A stretch of 64,000 nucleotides of DNA from Trichoplax adhaerens. Its lineage: Eukaryota; Animalia; Placozoa. The translations under genes were made by a program, and so were the position numbers. The stretch covers positions 312,775 through 376,774 of the forward strand of contig NW_002060951.1 in the NCBI RefSeq assembly GCF_000150275.1. The letters run 5' to 3'. Positions within the stretch are counted from its first letter, which is position 1. Every line of letters begins with the position of its first letter. Of the stretch, positions 1 to 14,700 are shown piece after piece. The notes under the pieces were generated by a model. That model saw nothing but the letters and a program-made list of their open reading frames with translations, was not told where the DNA came from and ran no database searches.

Positions 1-231
1 AATCTATTTCAAACAGGTAAATAAATATGGGATGTGTAACGATACCACATGGATTTGATATTGATTTATCAATAATCACACTAATAAGCTATTTACCTTC
101 TAGCTAATACGTCAGTTAGCATCAATGTAATTGATATAATGTATTCGCAATGCTATTTAATGTAATGTAATAAAATTTCCACAGTTAATGTCCATTAGTA
201 AATCTAATACACTATTTGATGCTATTTATTA

Positions 232-3200
232 CCTTATCCTTTTGAATTCTCATATTATCGATAGGGGATTCTGTATATTGGGAATCAGCAGCAGGATTTT
301 TATTTGTATTAGAATTAGTACTTGCTTCTTGAGGAAAATATTGGCAGAATGCACTTTTCCATAGATCCATAGGCCGTCTTAAAAATTTTTAATTATGTTC
401 TATTAATTTGTCTACTTTGCAATGGTTAGGTATACTTTTCGATTAAATTATGATTATAGATTGCTTTGAATAATTATAGCCCTAATTTATATACTAACCG
501 AGCGCTAATTTTTCCTAATTGCTCATCAGAGAGTGGTGGCGCTCCTAGAATCGATATTAAATAGTTAATCAAGAGTAGACTTCGCTATTAATGTTAACCG
601 TCTATTTACAATACCAATTTGAGAGAATAAATCGGTTCCTGCAGGCACGATAATTGGTTTATTATGATCTGTTGCATTAGTTTTGCTATAATATTTAACA
701 ATAGGTAATAGGAAGAGTTATGGAGATGAGTATGATAAGTTAGGATGAGAAGCATAGTTGAAACTACCTTGGTGGAAAATGGAATGCCAAATTACCAATT
801 AACTGACGAGCACGTGCTACTAATGATTCATTTTTTGTACTGAAAAACTGGCCAAATATAAAAGCAGAGTCTATTCATAATTATATAGAAAGAAAATATT
901 TCACACATACGTTTTTGAATGATATAATCTTACTTGCAATGTGGCTCCATAGGTATGAGCTATGAATCGTAATGTCTTGGATATTATCTTTCTCTTTTCT
1001 GGATCAAAATCCTAATATAAAAATTTCATTTTAAAAATTTAAAACTAATTACGATTTAGTTAATAATACTACTCAGTTAGAGCACGAGTCTTTAATATTT
1101 AAGCAATCAACAGTATCGGTGATAACTCAGCTATGATAATTAATTCAATGTACCTGATATATATCATATTTGCTGCCAACAATAACGAGCGGAACTAAAA
1201 GTGGCTCCATGAGTGATTTATCCTAAAGAAATATCACCAATACAACATTATCATTTTTCTTATTATCTGTATTGGCAGAGTACTTTTAAATTGATGCAGT
1301 TTTATAAATCGGATAATGGAAATAGATGTTTGGGATAAAAAATCCAATAATTTTAGAGAGCAATATCGACATTGGAAGTGACAATTACATCCAGACGCAT
1401 AAGATTACGAAAGATAATCTAGCGAAAATTAAAGTTTCCACTATTATTTTCTATCAGACAACACCGTCAAAAATACTAAGTTCGGGTGTATTTTATGATT
1501 AAATATTAAATATTATATAGATATACGAGAATTATATTTGGTATACCAATACCCATCCTAAATTCATAAAATGATGACAAAACCTACCGGATGATCTTCA
1601 TTAATTCTCCTATTTAATTGCTGCTTTAAAAATTCGTGAATGCTACATAAAACAAGATGTTAGTAAATTAGTGAAATTTCAATTCAAAAATATGCTTCAT
1701 TATGTGTATATTGTTGTAGTGGTCATACAAGTGCCCTTAAGTTGATGCTTCTGCATCACACAGACATGAAAAAACGACAATACGTGCACCGCATTCTAGA
1801 CCAGATTGACGTAAATGCTAACTAAGCATCGAAACTTTTATACGGCACTGAAAGCGCCTACGCTATCTACTAGTTATACAAGAGAAATACAAAATTTCTT
1901 GTCTCTATTGTCGTAGTTGACATAATCTAAGCTTATACAAGCTGATAGCTGAAGTTATGTTGTTGACGTAAAATTGGAATTGAATTTTTACAACTAAAAG
2001 ATAGGAAAAGTTGTAAACTTAAATTATTCGACTTGACATTACCACTATTAGGCAGAGCTCATACATATATTGCACCCACAATGAAGGACTTTATTATCTA
2101 AATTTCGTCAATTATTATAATTGCTATAAAGTAAATGATATAGGGTGTTTAATCAAAATAGTGACTTCAATGTATTGATAGGATTGTAACCTTTTGCTTA
2201 AAAGTGTTTCATGATGGGTATGAAAATATGCAATAAAATTAAAACACTATACAAGCAAAATTTAACCTTTTGTCCTTGCCAGCTACTTCATTTACAACTT
2301 GGTTAATCCTATTTTTAAGCTAATGAAATTTTTAGAAAACAATTTATCAGCTTTTAGTTCCATTCAAATATGAATAAACCAGCAGTAAGAGAATTTTGCC
2401 TGATTCAAAAGAATTTCTAATGTTGTCCATAATTCATTGGGCTTCGATAGATCTATCACAATGACTATAGATATTGATCTACAAGAAGACATTACAGGAG
2501 AATTTATCTTTTTATCTTTAATAAGATTAGAAAATAAAATAACTTCGTCTCGAAGGTAGTAAAAATAGTAAGTAGTACAGCTGAAAGTAATCGCGACTGG
2601 TTCAAGTCCATACTATTAATACTACGAAATACTGAATGTATTATATAATTATTAACTATTGTCGGTGTTGATGAGAGGAATACTGAATTTAATTCCAAGA
2701 TATAATGATGCTTCCATTAACTTATGAATATAAAATGTTTTATTTTATACGTTTGCAATCAGTTAATAACTAATAACTCTTACACTACTAGTCATACCTT
2801 TATCAAAGAGTAATTTAATTTTATTTTTGCGTATTATTAAGATTTTAGTAATTTTAGTCAAGGCAATCAGAATGCATTCAACTTTTTCATTCGAGAATTC
2901 ATTATCCTTCTCGCAAACCTGATCGTACGTGGCGTAATAACTGTGTCGATTAGTTTCGTTAGAAATGTGCCTCCTCCAAGCTCCCAAATATGAGTCACGT
3001 CTTTAACCTTGAATATCGTTTAACGTGAAGGGAAATTAAACATTCATATTTTAAATGCAAGAGTTCTGTTTGTTATTGATAGGTTACATACCGTGTTAGC
3101 ACCTCTGGCTCTCCTTCCAAACAGATATTCCAAAGCAACAGTAGGTTTGGGATTCTCATCTCTAAGAAAAATATATAAATTATATACTATTATTATCTTA

Positions 3201-4348
3201 CGTATACATTTTGAAATCGTTGTATACGCGTACATATATCTCGATATTCTTTAGAAAAGAATGTCTTTATAGTAGGGTGTTACCTGTCCAGAAATCTCAT
3301 AATTATTGAAGACTTTCCCTAAGCGCGAAGTAACCATGGCATGATTATTGCATCATTTTCTAATAATATGATTATTTTAGTGAGCAGAACGTATAAATAT
3401 TTGACTTACTGAATTTTTACTTCCAAGAAAGAAAACGTTGGTCCCATCGCTACCAACATTATTTCCATCAATCACTTTAAAGATTATAAATGATATTGAC
3501 GGATTAGCTTAAAGCATGTCTAACAATTGCGATTGGTATTATGTTGCTATGATCATTATAATCAAGATATTTTGTAGATAAATATATAGATTTCAGGTAG
3601 TAAGACTTACATTCTTTATTTTCTTGCTCTGCACGATTTCTTTCTAATATCGCAATATCCCATAACGATTTTTCACTTTTGCAAAGATAACATGTAATGC
3701 ATTACTTTACGTGGTATCATCATGACATACGTACTCTATGTTGCATGAAACTTTAAATATCATTGATTTTTATTTCATTTAGTTGAATAGTTACGCTGTC
3801 CTAAGTTGTATTACATAGCAAGTAGATGCGCTTTTTTTCTTATCGAATCTACGGTATACGTTGCGTCTTCGTAATACAGTATCACAATTATATGTATAAT
3901 TAGTAATGTATAAGGGATAAGAAAAAGATACGCACATTTCAAGTAACTTTAGGTAGAAATTACTCCTTCTTAGTCTGCTATTGCTCTTATTTCTTTATTT
4001 AATATCAGCAGTGGTAGCCGATTCGGAAAATAATGTATCATAACATAATAACATATCGTACAAATTTATGTTAAGAGTATGTATGATTGTTTCACGGATT
4101 TATCGTTATACAACGACGGAAGCCGTCGAAGCAGTCGCTAATGCATCACATCTACAATTATAGTCCTGGACTAAGTAGCCATTACGTATTTGATGATATA
4201 CTAATCTATATCACTCCATGACACGTAAACACTTGAGCAGCAATGTCATCATTTCAAGAAGTGGTTACTAGCTTGCCGTATCATAGCAACCAATGGATTG
4301 TATGACTAAAAATTGTGCAGTTTTCATTTCATACCTCTTTTCTCCCAT
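232..4348 (-). CDS. DYNC2LI1: Cytoplasmic dynein 2 light intermediate chain 1 (IFT dynein LIC), multi-exon; last exon(s) lie beyond position 1
   Basis: Spliced translation MGEKS|EKSLWDIAILERNRAEQENK...VFFLGSKNS|GKSSIIMRFLDR|DENPKPTVALEYLFGRRARGANT...HIWELGGGTFLTKLI...ESPIDNMRIQKDK matches the DYNC2LI1/D2LIC family (P-loop-like GSKxxGK[ST], KPTxALEY, WELGGG). Introns are GT-AG. ATG at 4348 in a 14-nt coding exon (4335-4348). Confidence 0.93.
4278..4290 (-). promoter_or_regulatory. RFX X-box-like motif in DYNC2LI1 intron 1
   Basis: GTTGCTATGATAC on the minus strand, about 45 nt into the first intron. Confidence 0.5.
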
Positions 4349-5262
4349 GTTTTCAGAATATGGCAATCGTCACACTTCACTACTTTAGACGGCTAAATAT
4401 GTCTGAATAATATCGGATAAATTGATTGATATGTTGTATCAACTTTAGAATGATCTTACTGCGTTTATGATATGGATCAAAATGTACTGCAGCAAGTAGA
4501 AGTTACATGCCGCTCCGTCGAAAACCTTCTCTAGACTACAATACAGTATAATCCGTCTTGCTCCTGAGTACAGTCATAGACTACTAGAAATTGTATACTT
4601 ATAACGTCAATTGAGTGGATTTATAGTATTACAGTTGTAGTTCTATCAAGATTCTTATATCTCTATCCTGTTTATGATACTTTGGAGTACTTTTATGCTT
4701 CCCTTAGTGTAGTCCTTGAGCACTAAAGTAGGACCTCTAAAATGCAATAGTTTACTTTTCACCATAACCCAATCATTATTTTACTGACTTTTCACTGAAA
4801 AACGACAAGTGATCCAGCACTTGTGCCATTTATACACGGTAGCCTCGCAACTTGTAGCGTTATGATACCCTAACGTGATAATAAAAGACTTGCATAAAAG
4901 CGCTGTTTCAGTAGTTAAACAGCCCATACTTACCCTACTGGGTATACTGTACGGACGGAATCAAGACATCCAGTCTGTAAGTGGTCCTAAAGTTGCTATA
5001 CTGGTACCACTTTGCTAGGACCTAAATCATACAGTAGAGTTGAAGTTAGTCCTGAGAGCGGAGTCGAACTGCTCGGCTAACTCTAGTCAAAATTAAAGCA
5101 ACATCATTTGCTTACCTGCTTTTTTTATATTGCAATTAACGTTCAGATATTAATGGAGGTTGAAAATCAATTTGCTGTGACAGCAAGAATAGTGTAAACA
5201 ATCAATAACCAACTGTAATTTGATTACTGTACAGTGTACAGTACCAATATCAATAATTGCAA
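4349..5262. promoter_or_regulatory. Probable bidirectional promoter DYNC2LI1 / ALKBH7
   Basis: Head-to-head start codons separated by 914 bp. Confidence 0.55.
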
Positions 5263-6609
5263 ATGGCATTCATTAAATTCATGATCAACCGACTACCATC
5301 ATGTCGCCCTTATGGGTTAGCTGCTTTTGCTACAAGGGAAGCAACCAAAGGATTAATGCAATTGAGACGACATTCTATTACTTGTCCATTGGGTACAAAT
5401 TTACCGCATTATTTATACAGCCAAGATGAAGCGAAAGCCAAGAATTTAGCAAAGGATATGTTGGTCCTTGAAGATTTTATCACTCAAGAAGAGGAAGAGT
5501 TGTTATTTAGTGAAATTCAGCCTGCCTTTAAAAGGCTAAAATATGAATATTCGCATTGGGATGATGTAAGTAATAAGCACCTTTTATGATAAGGTAGCTG
5601 CAGATAGCTTTACTCATGGAGTTTCATATCCATTGAACTATTATTTACGTTTAAGAGTTGTTATTGCATTGTTATCAGTTGCATAAAGCCTACATGCCAC
5701 ATTCACAGTACAACTTAATGTAAAATTCGATACAATGCAATTGTTGAACGTAATTTGAACTATTGCTAACTTTGATGGATTGTGCTTGCAGGCAATTCAT
5801 GGCTTTCGAGAAACTGAAAAAACAAATTGGTCTTCTGAATGTAATAGTATAATCGCTCGAGTTAGGGAAACTGCATTTGATAGCAATGATCAAATCATGC
5901 CTTTTGTGCATATCTTGGATCTGGCTGAAAATGGGTATTAAAATGGAAAATAAACTTTTACCTTTCTACTATGTTTGCATGCTTTTTGTTGAAGCATACT
6001 AAATGATTGTGTTTTGTAATTTTTCCAATTTAGTTACATTAAAGCACACGTCGATAGTATCAAGGTAAAACTCGCCAGAGTACATGAGTATTTAGGATCT
6101 GAAATCTAACCTCTGTAACTTTATAGAATAAATATCTACAATATCATAATTTTACTACTATATTATATAGAATTACTAGCAATGATGTTAGTTACTGATA
6201 CTAATTTATTCAAAATGTCATACAAGTTTTGTGGTAGGACAATTGCTGGTATTAGTTTACTATCGGCTAGTATTATGAGACTTAAGCTGGATGGGAAGCC
6301 AGATGATATTCCTGTTGACATTTTATTACAACGAAGATCATTGTACATAATGAAGTAAGTTCTGTAACAGAACGCATGTCTTATACGATTGTAGATTAAT
6401 TGTCCTTTAAATAGATTCTGCTGTTGATCAATGCATGCTATTGCTACACTAACGAATATTATGTGCTGGATCTAACATTGAGCAGAGATTCTGCACGTTA
6501 CGACTATACACATGAAATCTTGAAGGATGAAGAATCGCATTGGAAAGGAGTGCATATACCACGTAGTAGAAGAATTTCTGTTATACGAAGAATTGAACCA
6601 AGCAAATAG
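5263..6609 (+). CDS. ALKBH7: Alpha-ketoglutarate-dependent dioxygenase AlkB homolog 7 (mitochondrial), 5 exons (5263-5565, 5792-5934, 6034-6064, 6227-6354, 6486-6609)
   Basis: [20 protein letters not shown]|[26 protein letters not shown]|FCG (HxD Fe ligands), [26 protein letters not shown]. The basic, acid-poor N-terminus resembles a mitochondrial presequence. Confidence 0.95.
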
Positions 6610-7263
6610 ATTATCCAATCTACCCTGTTAATAAACTACAGTAATAAAATCTACTCTGTATGCTAATCGGGCTAAGTATTTTTACTTTTGCTAACGAATA
6701 TAACGGACCAAATCTTGTATTCTTAAGAAGTTAAAATTTTACATCTTACAGACATCAATGACTGTAATACTGAAGTTTATTATCATTTCTTAAATGCTCA
6801 CCAGAGCTTTAACCAATGATAGCTATTTTATATGATGAAATATCGCACAAATGCATCCTTAAAAGTGCTTTTGAAATGCACAAATTACTATACACTGATA
6901 TACATATATACTATATATATATTGCATAGCTTCTTACAATTTGTGTGCTGAAAATTAAAAAATAACATTATATACCGATATATTTCCAATCATGCAATTA
7001 AAACAATATTATCTCTTGCCTATGTACAGTACAATAAAATAGCTGAAATAATAGATATACGAGTAAAATATTATCACACAATAGAAATAGTAACTTTTTT
7101 CTTAGTCACTCAAAAAGAATAAAATGCATTCTACGTGACTTTATCACAGCAAAACGCAAAGCGTTTACACCTGATGTTAATTTTTAACCATTTTGTATCA
7201 ATCAAATTCAATACTGCAAATATTTCCGATGACAATTGGATTATAGTACCAATTAGCCTACAA

Positions 7264-9164
7264 TTAATTTTGAGCACAAATTTCATGCAGATAACTCGAG
7301 AATGCTACAGGGAACCTCGTAAAATTTTCACCAGTATACTCTACCACTGTATGACGGACGCCGTTATAATTATCACCTATTGTGTTAAAAATGTTACCAT
7401 AGTAGGCATGGCATTAACATACTGTGCCAACGCTTGCGTCATAAATTTACATAAAATGAAACTTACTGATGGATTTTAGTTCATGATACTGGCACAGCCC
7501 GTGTATAAGGAGCCTAACAAAGCTATAAAGTAATAGGCAGTTATTATATTTTTGCTAAAGGCTATTGATGAATATTTATTTACTGAATAAAAACCTATTT
7601 TCCATGATCATCACCAAAATCCCATCAAAATCCTTGGAAAATGGAGATATGACATCTTCCTCAACAATTTTAAGTAAATCCTTAGGGCAGAAAAAAATTA
7701 GTAAAAAAAGATATCAATTACTTGGATAGAAACGAGCATCCTCATTGTAACGCTTACAAGTTTGTACGATATCGACTGGCACTGAAAAAAGCAATTAAAA
7801 GGAAACAAAACTATAGACGTTTGTGTCGCTTACCCAAGGAATGTAGTCATTTGTCTGGATAATTTTACGAATATTTGGATCAATACTATTGTAACGCAGT
7901 TTGGCCAAATGCATGTCTGCATCTATTATGATTGTAATAGCGATTATAAGTGAATATAATTAGCGATTCACGCAAATACACAGTAAATACCAAAATAACT
8001 GTAAAGGACCAAAACTTATTCTTCAGAGATAGCTTACTCAGAGTATTGATATAGACAAAACTTTAGAAAATAATATAGCTAAAATACAGTATTATATTCT
8101 ACTCGCAATCAACTGTATTAACCATGTTATATAATAGTAAGTGCATGTTTTATGCTATTTTTTAATGAAACTACAGTTCATCATGTTTTACAACTGCAAA
8201 AGCACCTTGAGGTTCTCGATTATGCTTGCCCTTAACTTTGAAATTTGTTTTCTTTTTTGCTTTATTCTTGTTCAATATCCTTTCCTGTTCTTCTTGTGGT
8301 AAATTAATAAAATCTTGCCACAGCTAGAATGAATCCGTAATAATTCGATTTATATTTTGCTTAATTCAGTTGTAATTATCAAAAATACGATTATCTTTAT
8401 AATTTACACGTATTTCTACTTTTATTCTATAAAAATGTCATAATTTTGTATTAGCGATTAAGAATGTCCAGATAAAAATATTCAGGATGTAAATACAGAA
8501 TAATCGGTATAAAATCTATTCATCAAAATTCCTTCTGACAAATCAAGCAGCTAAAGGTCAATTCAATCAATACTAAGCTGACTTTTCGTGCAAGTATAAA
8601 TTACATTATATAATCACATAAACATTTTATGTAACCTTCATGTTTTCAGTTTTCTCCAACAACAATGTAAAAACAGAATTGAAATCTGGCACTAGATCAC
8701 TTAAATCCATATCGCCAAAGTCATCAATCGGTTTGAATGCAGGAAAATCTTCGGCTGTAATTATAATCCAAAGTTAAAGTCAGCAATCCTGAATTTTACT
8801 AGTAATAATTAACTAATACAGAGATACGCTTTTAAATTGCGGTAGAGTATTGTAATAAACAAGCTGTTACAGTACTATAATATCTCTCTAGTGTACGCCC
8901 TATGTATTATCAATCAGAAAGTCATTCTCTTCCCTTTTACATCGGTATGTAAGTACTGTACAATCAAGTTTAAAATATTTCTTACGCGTGGTGTCAGACT
9001 TGTTCTTTTTCAACAGCTTTTTGAATTTTCTTTTTTCTTTTCTCATATACTTGACGGTAATTTCCAATCTAGGAACATTCATTTTCTTGAATAATTTACG
9101 CTTTTTCTTGTCGTCTTTTTTTCTTTGACGCTCCGCTTCAAGATCTTCAATGCATTCGATATCA
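7264..9164 (-). CDS. R3HDM4: R3H domain-containing protein 4-like; start unresolved (frame open from acceptor at 9164, first in-frame ATG at 9082)
   Basis: Spliced exons give LWQDFINLPQEEQERIL (R3H-associated region), YNSIDPNIRKII, DLLKIVEEDVISPF, SFVRLLIHGLCQYHELKSIS (R-x3-H motif) and ...SSYLHEICAQN* with stop at 7264-7266. Confidence 0.85.
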
Positions 9165-11078
9165 CTAATTTATACAAAAATAGAATATTTAAAATAGTCC
9201 AATAGCGAAGGTGATAAAATTCCAAATTATGAGGTATCCTGTTGTCGCTGCTCGAACATTTAGAATAGAAACTAGCCAAGCTTAAAGTACAGTATACATT
9301 AGGGATGCCAAATTGTTATCCAGGTAGAGACACAGTCCAACTTGGATTTCTGCTTACATCTGATAAGCAGTAAATGCTATTGCAACAAATAGAATGTTGC
9401 CTAATTTTGTACCATAACTATAACATTCCATATATCTCTCCAGTTAGTATAGTACAGTACTGTGCAGTATCATGTCGTTATCTTAACGCTTATGTAATAG
9501 TTAAATATGACGATAACGGAAAACAAAATGCTTAAATTCTGATTACTATTCAATTTACAGTTCTGTTCTTCACTATGATCGATACTGTGTTTCATATAGT
9601 GTCGGAAAGAATGACGAATGCTGTGACTATCATTCGCCCTATAAGGATTACTAAAACTAATAATAAAAATTTGTTGATCGATCGGATTGGTATTAAGCAA
9701 ATATTATACGTTTATGTGTAACATTGCAGGGTACAATTGGAGCACGAAATGTAAAATTGAATCATCAAGTATCAGTATAACTTTAATCGCTTAGTAAAAT
9801 TTAAAATCTCTCGATTGATATACGAGTATACTGGCTGAAGTTTAAATGACTGTCAAATCTCCTATGATTGTATAAGCAGATCATATTACTTTAGTATTTC
9901 GACAATGGCGCACAGGTTTACAATACCATTTAGATACACAGCCGATCACCAAAATCTGACTTACTGTACAGTAAGTACATCAATAATGTTCATTCCTTTA
10001 TATGGTAGCAATGACAACATTACTGTGCAGCAGCATTTTGTTCTACTGTACTATTGTCATGTTACCAGCGAACTTATTACACTGAGTGCAATCTAGAGGA
10101 GGTGTTTATGTTAAGCCATTATCACGTATCCATAAAAAATAAATCATACGTCAAGTAATGTAAATTACAGCAATAAAGGTAAACCTCAGATATATAGTAC
10201 CAGTCGTTTACTTATTATAACGTTTTTAAATTTATAGTTTACAAATGATCTATCGCTACACGACCTTATTCAAGCGTTTATTTCAACGCATCGATGTAAC
10301 TCATCGATAGCAATGCAGTTACGCAAGCTTAATCATCATGATTATTTATTACTATAATAAGCGAGTTTTCTTCTTTCTTAGTCATTTTAATCAGTAATGC
10401 AGATTAAAGGTGAAAGACTAGGATGTAAGCGTAATAAAGTCATGATTAATCCATCAAAACTGCTAAAAGATGACTGAATGGGCGATCGCATTTTTATTCC
10501 GATTGTAACTCAGTATACGTGGTTATTGACTCTATCGTTAAACTACGTCTACTCGTATTCAAGACCAGTAGCCGGATCAGCAACACAGCAAGTTATCCGT
10601 GGTTAACTCAGTATTACAACAACATAAAGAAACAAGAACTTACCATGATGAAAATCAGCTTCAGGACCACAGTACTAAACTATATCATCATCATTATTAT
10701 TAATAACTACCACATCTAGTCGTTGAATAAGCACTACATCACTGGCGCCCCCCCCCCCCAAAAAAAAAGAAACGAGCGCCAAATTACTCCATAGACTGTA
10801 TCTTTTCATTGAATTGTTTCTCAATCCAGTACGAATAGCGAGCGCTACCTATTCCTTGAATCAATGAAATAACGGCTAGATACCTGTCTACTTCATGATT
10901 TTCCTGTTCTAATTTGCTGATTTGACCCATGATGATAATTTTCCAAACTAGAACAACAGTTCTTACGGCTACAAATTAAAAGTCTATTGGCGATAGAATT
11001 GCATCATCAAGGAATTAATATCCCCCAAAATTATTAAACATAATTAATAATAATACGACGTACGGTACGACAGATGCG

Positions 11079-11232
11079 AGCAGGGGACTACTGGATGTAA
11101 ATAGTACCCCGTGCATAAAAATTGTCACTCTCGGCCTAGAAAGAAAAGAATGGATCTTGTTCCCTTTCTAGGGTAGGGGTGACAATTTTTATGCAACAAG
11201 AGTGCAATTTTGATTGAGTAGTAGTCCCTGCT
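11079..11232. mobile_element. Foldback / MITE-like palindromic element 1
   Basis: Nested inverted repeats: agcaggggactact / agtagtccctgct; perfect 17-bp tgcataaaaattgtcac (11112-11128) / gtgacaatttttatgca (11179-11195); cctagaaag / ctttctagg. Confidence 0.55.
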
Positions 11233-11417
11233 AAGAGTAGCACAGTCCAGTCTTACGAGTTTTACGTACTGTACAATAGTCAGACGAAATATATTCAGTA
11301 GCACTCTTGGCGATATCCGATCAATATTAACTCAGTAGTGTAATCCTACATCGCCTACTTTTAGCATGATCTTCTATATTACTATCCGTACTGTGTGCAG
11401 TGTTGCAAAAAAGTGCA

Positions 11418-11548
11418 TTGAAAAATAGTACTTGTCACCCCTTTGAGTACTATGTATTGTATACAACGTCGCAAAATGATACTAGAATAGTGTACCGTAG
11501 TGGTGCGCTCGAATACAAAGTACTCAAGGGGTGACAAGTATTATTCAA
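11418..11548. mobile_element. Foldback / MITE-like palindromic element 2
   Basis: Inverted arms tacttgtcacccctttgagtact (11429-11451) / agtactcaaggggtgacaagta (11519-11540); shares the ggggtgacaa core with element 1. Confidence 0.55.
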
Positions 11549-11701
11549 CGAATCAAACATGAAAGAGTTTGATATCGCAAGCTGATGAATACATTATATA
11601 CAGTACTGTACTGTAGTGTATACAGAGTACACTACCGCCAGCAAAAACTTCACCCTTTGCTCGGACTGGACTGTATTCAGTGTAGTGACGGTAAAATCGA
11701 A

Positions 11702-14700
11702 ATGGCGTCTACGGACAGTTGCGATAGCAGCGATTCTGTTGGCGATCAATCTACAAGTAATAACCGCCACGATGTGCACCTACGATTAGGCAATGTATCC
11801 AATTATTATGCCACTCCACCAAATTATAATGCCGCCATTAAGAAAGGTCACTTAAAATTCGATGCTGAATTCGAATGTGGTAAGTTCATTTCACCATGGC
11901 AACCATCAGAACCGAACAACGATCTTTATTCTAATCGAGCTTTAAAACCAAGCTTAATAATATCCATCGTAAAACGATTATAAATGGATATTACAGTAGT
12001 TACACTGAAAACATCGGCTGTTTCAACTTGCATTAAAATTGAAACTGAAACTTTAATATCCGTCTGTATTGTATACCGTTGGCGTTGTTAGGATTGATAG
12101 ACGCATCAGATCCCGACTTCAGTTTTCAAATTCTAATGTTAAAAATGTCAGCTTTTCTTACTGTTTCAAATTGTTTATTATCAATCTTTCTTTATTACTA
12201 TCTGTACAATGTATATGTTGCCCATGCTATATCTGCCTTTATATGATATATTATAGCCCAAATTAGAAGTATGAGATTGTTATATGTCTACCATAACATA
12301 CCATGGCCATAGATCATTATATGCGTATTGCGTATATGGCTGATATTTTATTATCTTTACAATTTCAGGTAACTTATTGAAAGTGGAGTATATATCAGAG
12401 TTCGAATATGATTTATATGTGCGTCCAGACATTAGCAATTCTAGGTAAATAATAGCAATCCATCAAGTAAAATGAGTTGCTCCTTTTTATGTATTCATAT
12501 TGTACTTGAGATTTCCTACTATAAGGTATCTTCATTATCCTATTAGGCTTGCATAATGCAAGCTATTCTGTGTGCTTAACAATAATACTTTTACACCAGA
12601 TCGTTACATCGTTGCCATATACTATTTAACTCCTACTATCATTAACGTTGTTTTTCTGCTACCCTTCGGATTTTTTTTTAACTACATATCCTGATACTGT
12701 ATTGTTTTATATGCTATCATAACATAGCTAACGAGATCTTATTACAACATGGACCTTATATTATTGAAAATTGTTTACCTAATAGTGCAATATTTTCCCT
12801 GTAATTTTTTTAGATTTCGCGTCTGGTTCTATTTTACAGTATCGAATAACAAAGCCGGACAAGTAAGAATAATATCAAAGAATTCTGGATGTTATTGTTT
12901 GTATTACTTAGACAGTTGCTGTTATCTGGTTATGACAGATTTCCTTTTAGCATCGTTCTGTTAATGACATGATGAAAGGCATACGATGTTTACACTACTT
13001 ACTGAAAAAATATAAATCTTCTGCGTTAACTCCTACATTTTAGAGGGCAATATTCAATATTGTCAATTTTAGTAAGACCAAAAGTTTGTATCGTGATGGA
13101 ATGGCACCAGTTATAAAATCGACGACACGGCCAAAATGGTAAGAGACATATCTTATCCGTCACGCACTAGCAAATATTTCAATAATAGATTTCTGTTACT
13201 GCACTACATGCTAATCTAGCAGGTGAATACGTCACCTCAGTAGAATAAAAAGCTTTTTAGAAGTGGCGTTAATATCGGTTAACAGTTCGTACGCATATCA
13301 TAATCGGATAGGGTTAGGTTATCGGCAAAGAACGCCTTTTACTATCGATCGCCAGATCATGACAATAACTACGTTATGTCGTTTGCGGTTGTATTAGATA
13401 AAGAGAACGAAGAATATAGTGTGAGTAGGATACGAGAGAGCCGCTGATAACTGCTTATTATAATATCAGCAACCATAGATAACATTTTTCTAATTTAAAA
13501 CTTTCATCTTCTTGCCAATTCTAGTTTGCCTATTGCTACCCGTATTCCTATTCTAAGCTCCAACGTTATTTAGATGCTATTGAAGCGAGATCGTTGCGTT
13601 ATGTTCGAAGAGAGTGTATTGCCTTGACATTGGTATGACACCTTACTGAATGCTATCATCAGTTGCAATAACGCACAGATCGCTATGATGTATTATGTTA
13701 TCTATATTATACTACATATCTTGGCTTTAATAAATGCTCGAATAATTCTGTCTTTTATATTGCAACCAAACAGCAACACCGTCGTTTAGATATGATAACA
13801 ATAACTTCGCCAGGTACGGTACTCCATATGATTATTCCTGACTTGAATAAATTTTAAGAGCTAACTTGTTAGTTTTTTAAACATCTCAAATTTTTAAGTT
13901 AGACGAATGAAATCTGTAATACATACTTTCTTTACGAATATGAGTATCTCATAATTAATGGATTTTGTTTCGCTATTGCAAAAAAAAATAGGAAATCTAC
14001 AGCATGATGTGGAAAAGAAGTTAATCTTTATCAGTGCTAGAGTTCATCCGGGGGAATCCCCGTCATCTTACGTTTGTCAAGGTAACTAGATATTATATTA
14101 CTCATAATGTAATTAGCAAATAAAGCTCCATATATGTCTAATTTAAAATTAAGAAACAGATCTATTGTTTCAGTTTTAACTTGAATCTATTTGTAATATA
14201 GGAATAATTGACTTTTTGATAAGCGACTCGCCTGCGGCGAAGATATTACGGGATAACTTAGTGTTCAAGATAGGTTAGGATGATACATTTAGTAACAGCG
14301 TTTCATTTCTGATTTCCTTTTGTGATTTCATTCATTTAAAAAAGCCAAACATGGGAGAGCTTTTTAATTAATATTTTAAATATAAGATTGATTTATTTCA
14401 ATTTATGCTAGTGCCAATGCTAAATCCGGATGGAGTCAGTGTTGGAAATTATAGGTTTAAAATGAAATGATTTGGCTAATAAATTAACAATTGCGCAAAT
14501 ACGTTAGTTATATAGTACATCGTATGTAAGTATGCTAATATGATCTAACAATATTACGTACTAGATGTTCTCTAGCTGGTGATGATCTAAATCGCCACTG
14601 GCATGATCCTACTCGGCAACATCCTACTCTTTCTGCCACGAAAGATATTTTAATGGAACATGATAGTGACAATGTAAGCTATATTTATTTATCAATAATA

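Noticed and set aside
90-120. Possible 3-nt microexon (ctag AAG gtaaat) in the last visible DYNC2LI1 intron
   Set aside because: Cannot be distinguished from chance without transcripts.
7135-7479. 114-aa plus-strand ORF and similar 60-100 aa ORFs throughout the track
   Set aside because: They are antisense to real exons or intronic, often start at non-ATG codons, and show no recognisable homology.
10743-10781. C12-A9 homopolymer run flanked by tggcgc/gcgcca
   Set aside because: Short simple sequence with no supporting evidence of function; homopolymer lengths are also error-prone.
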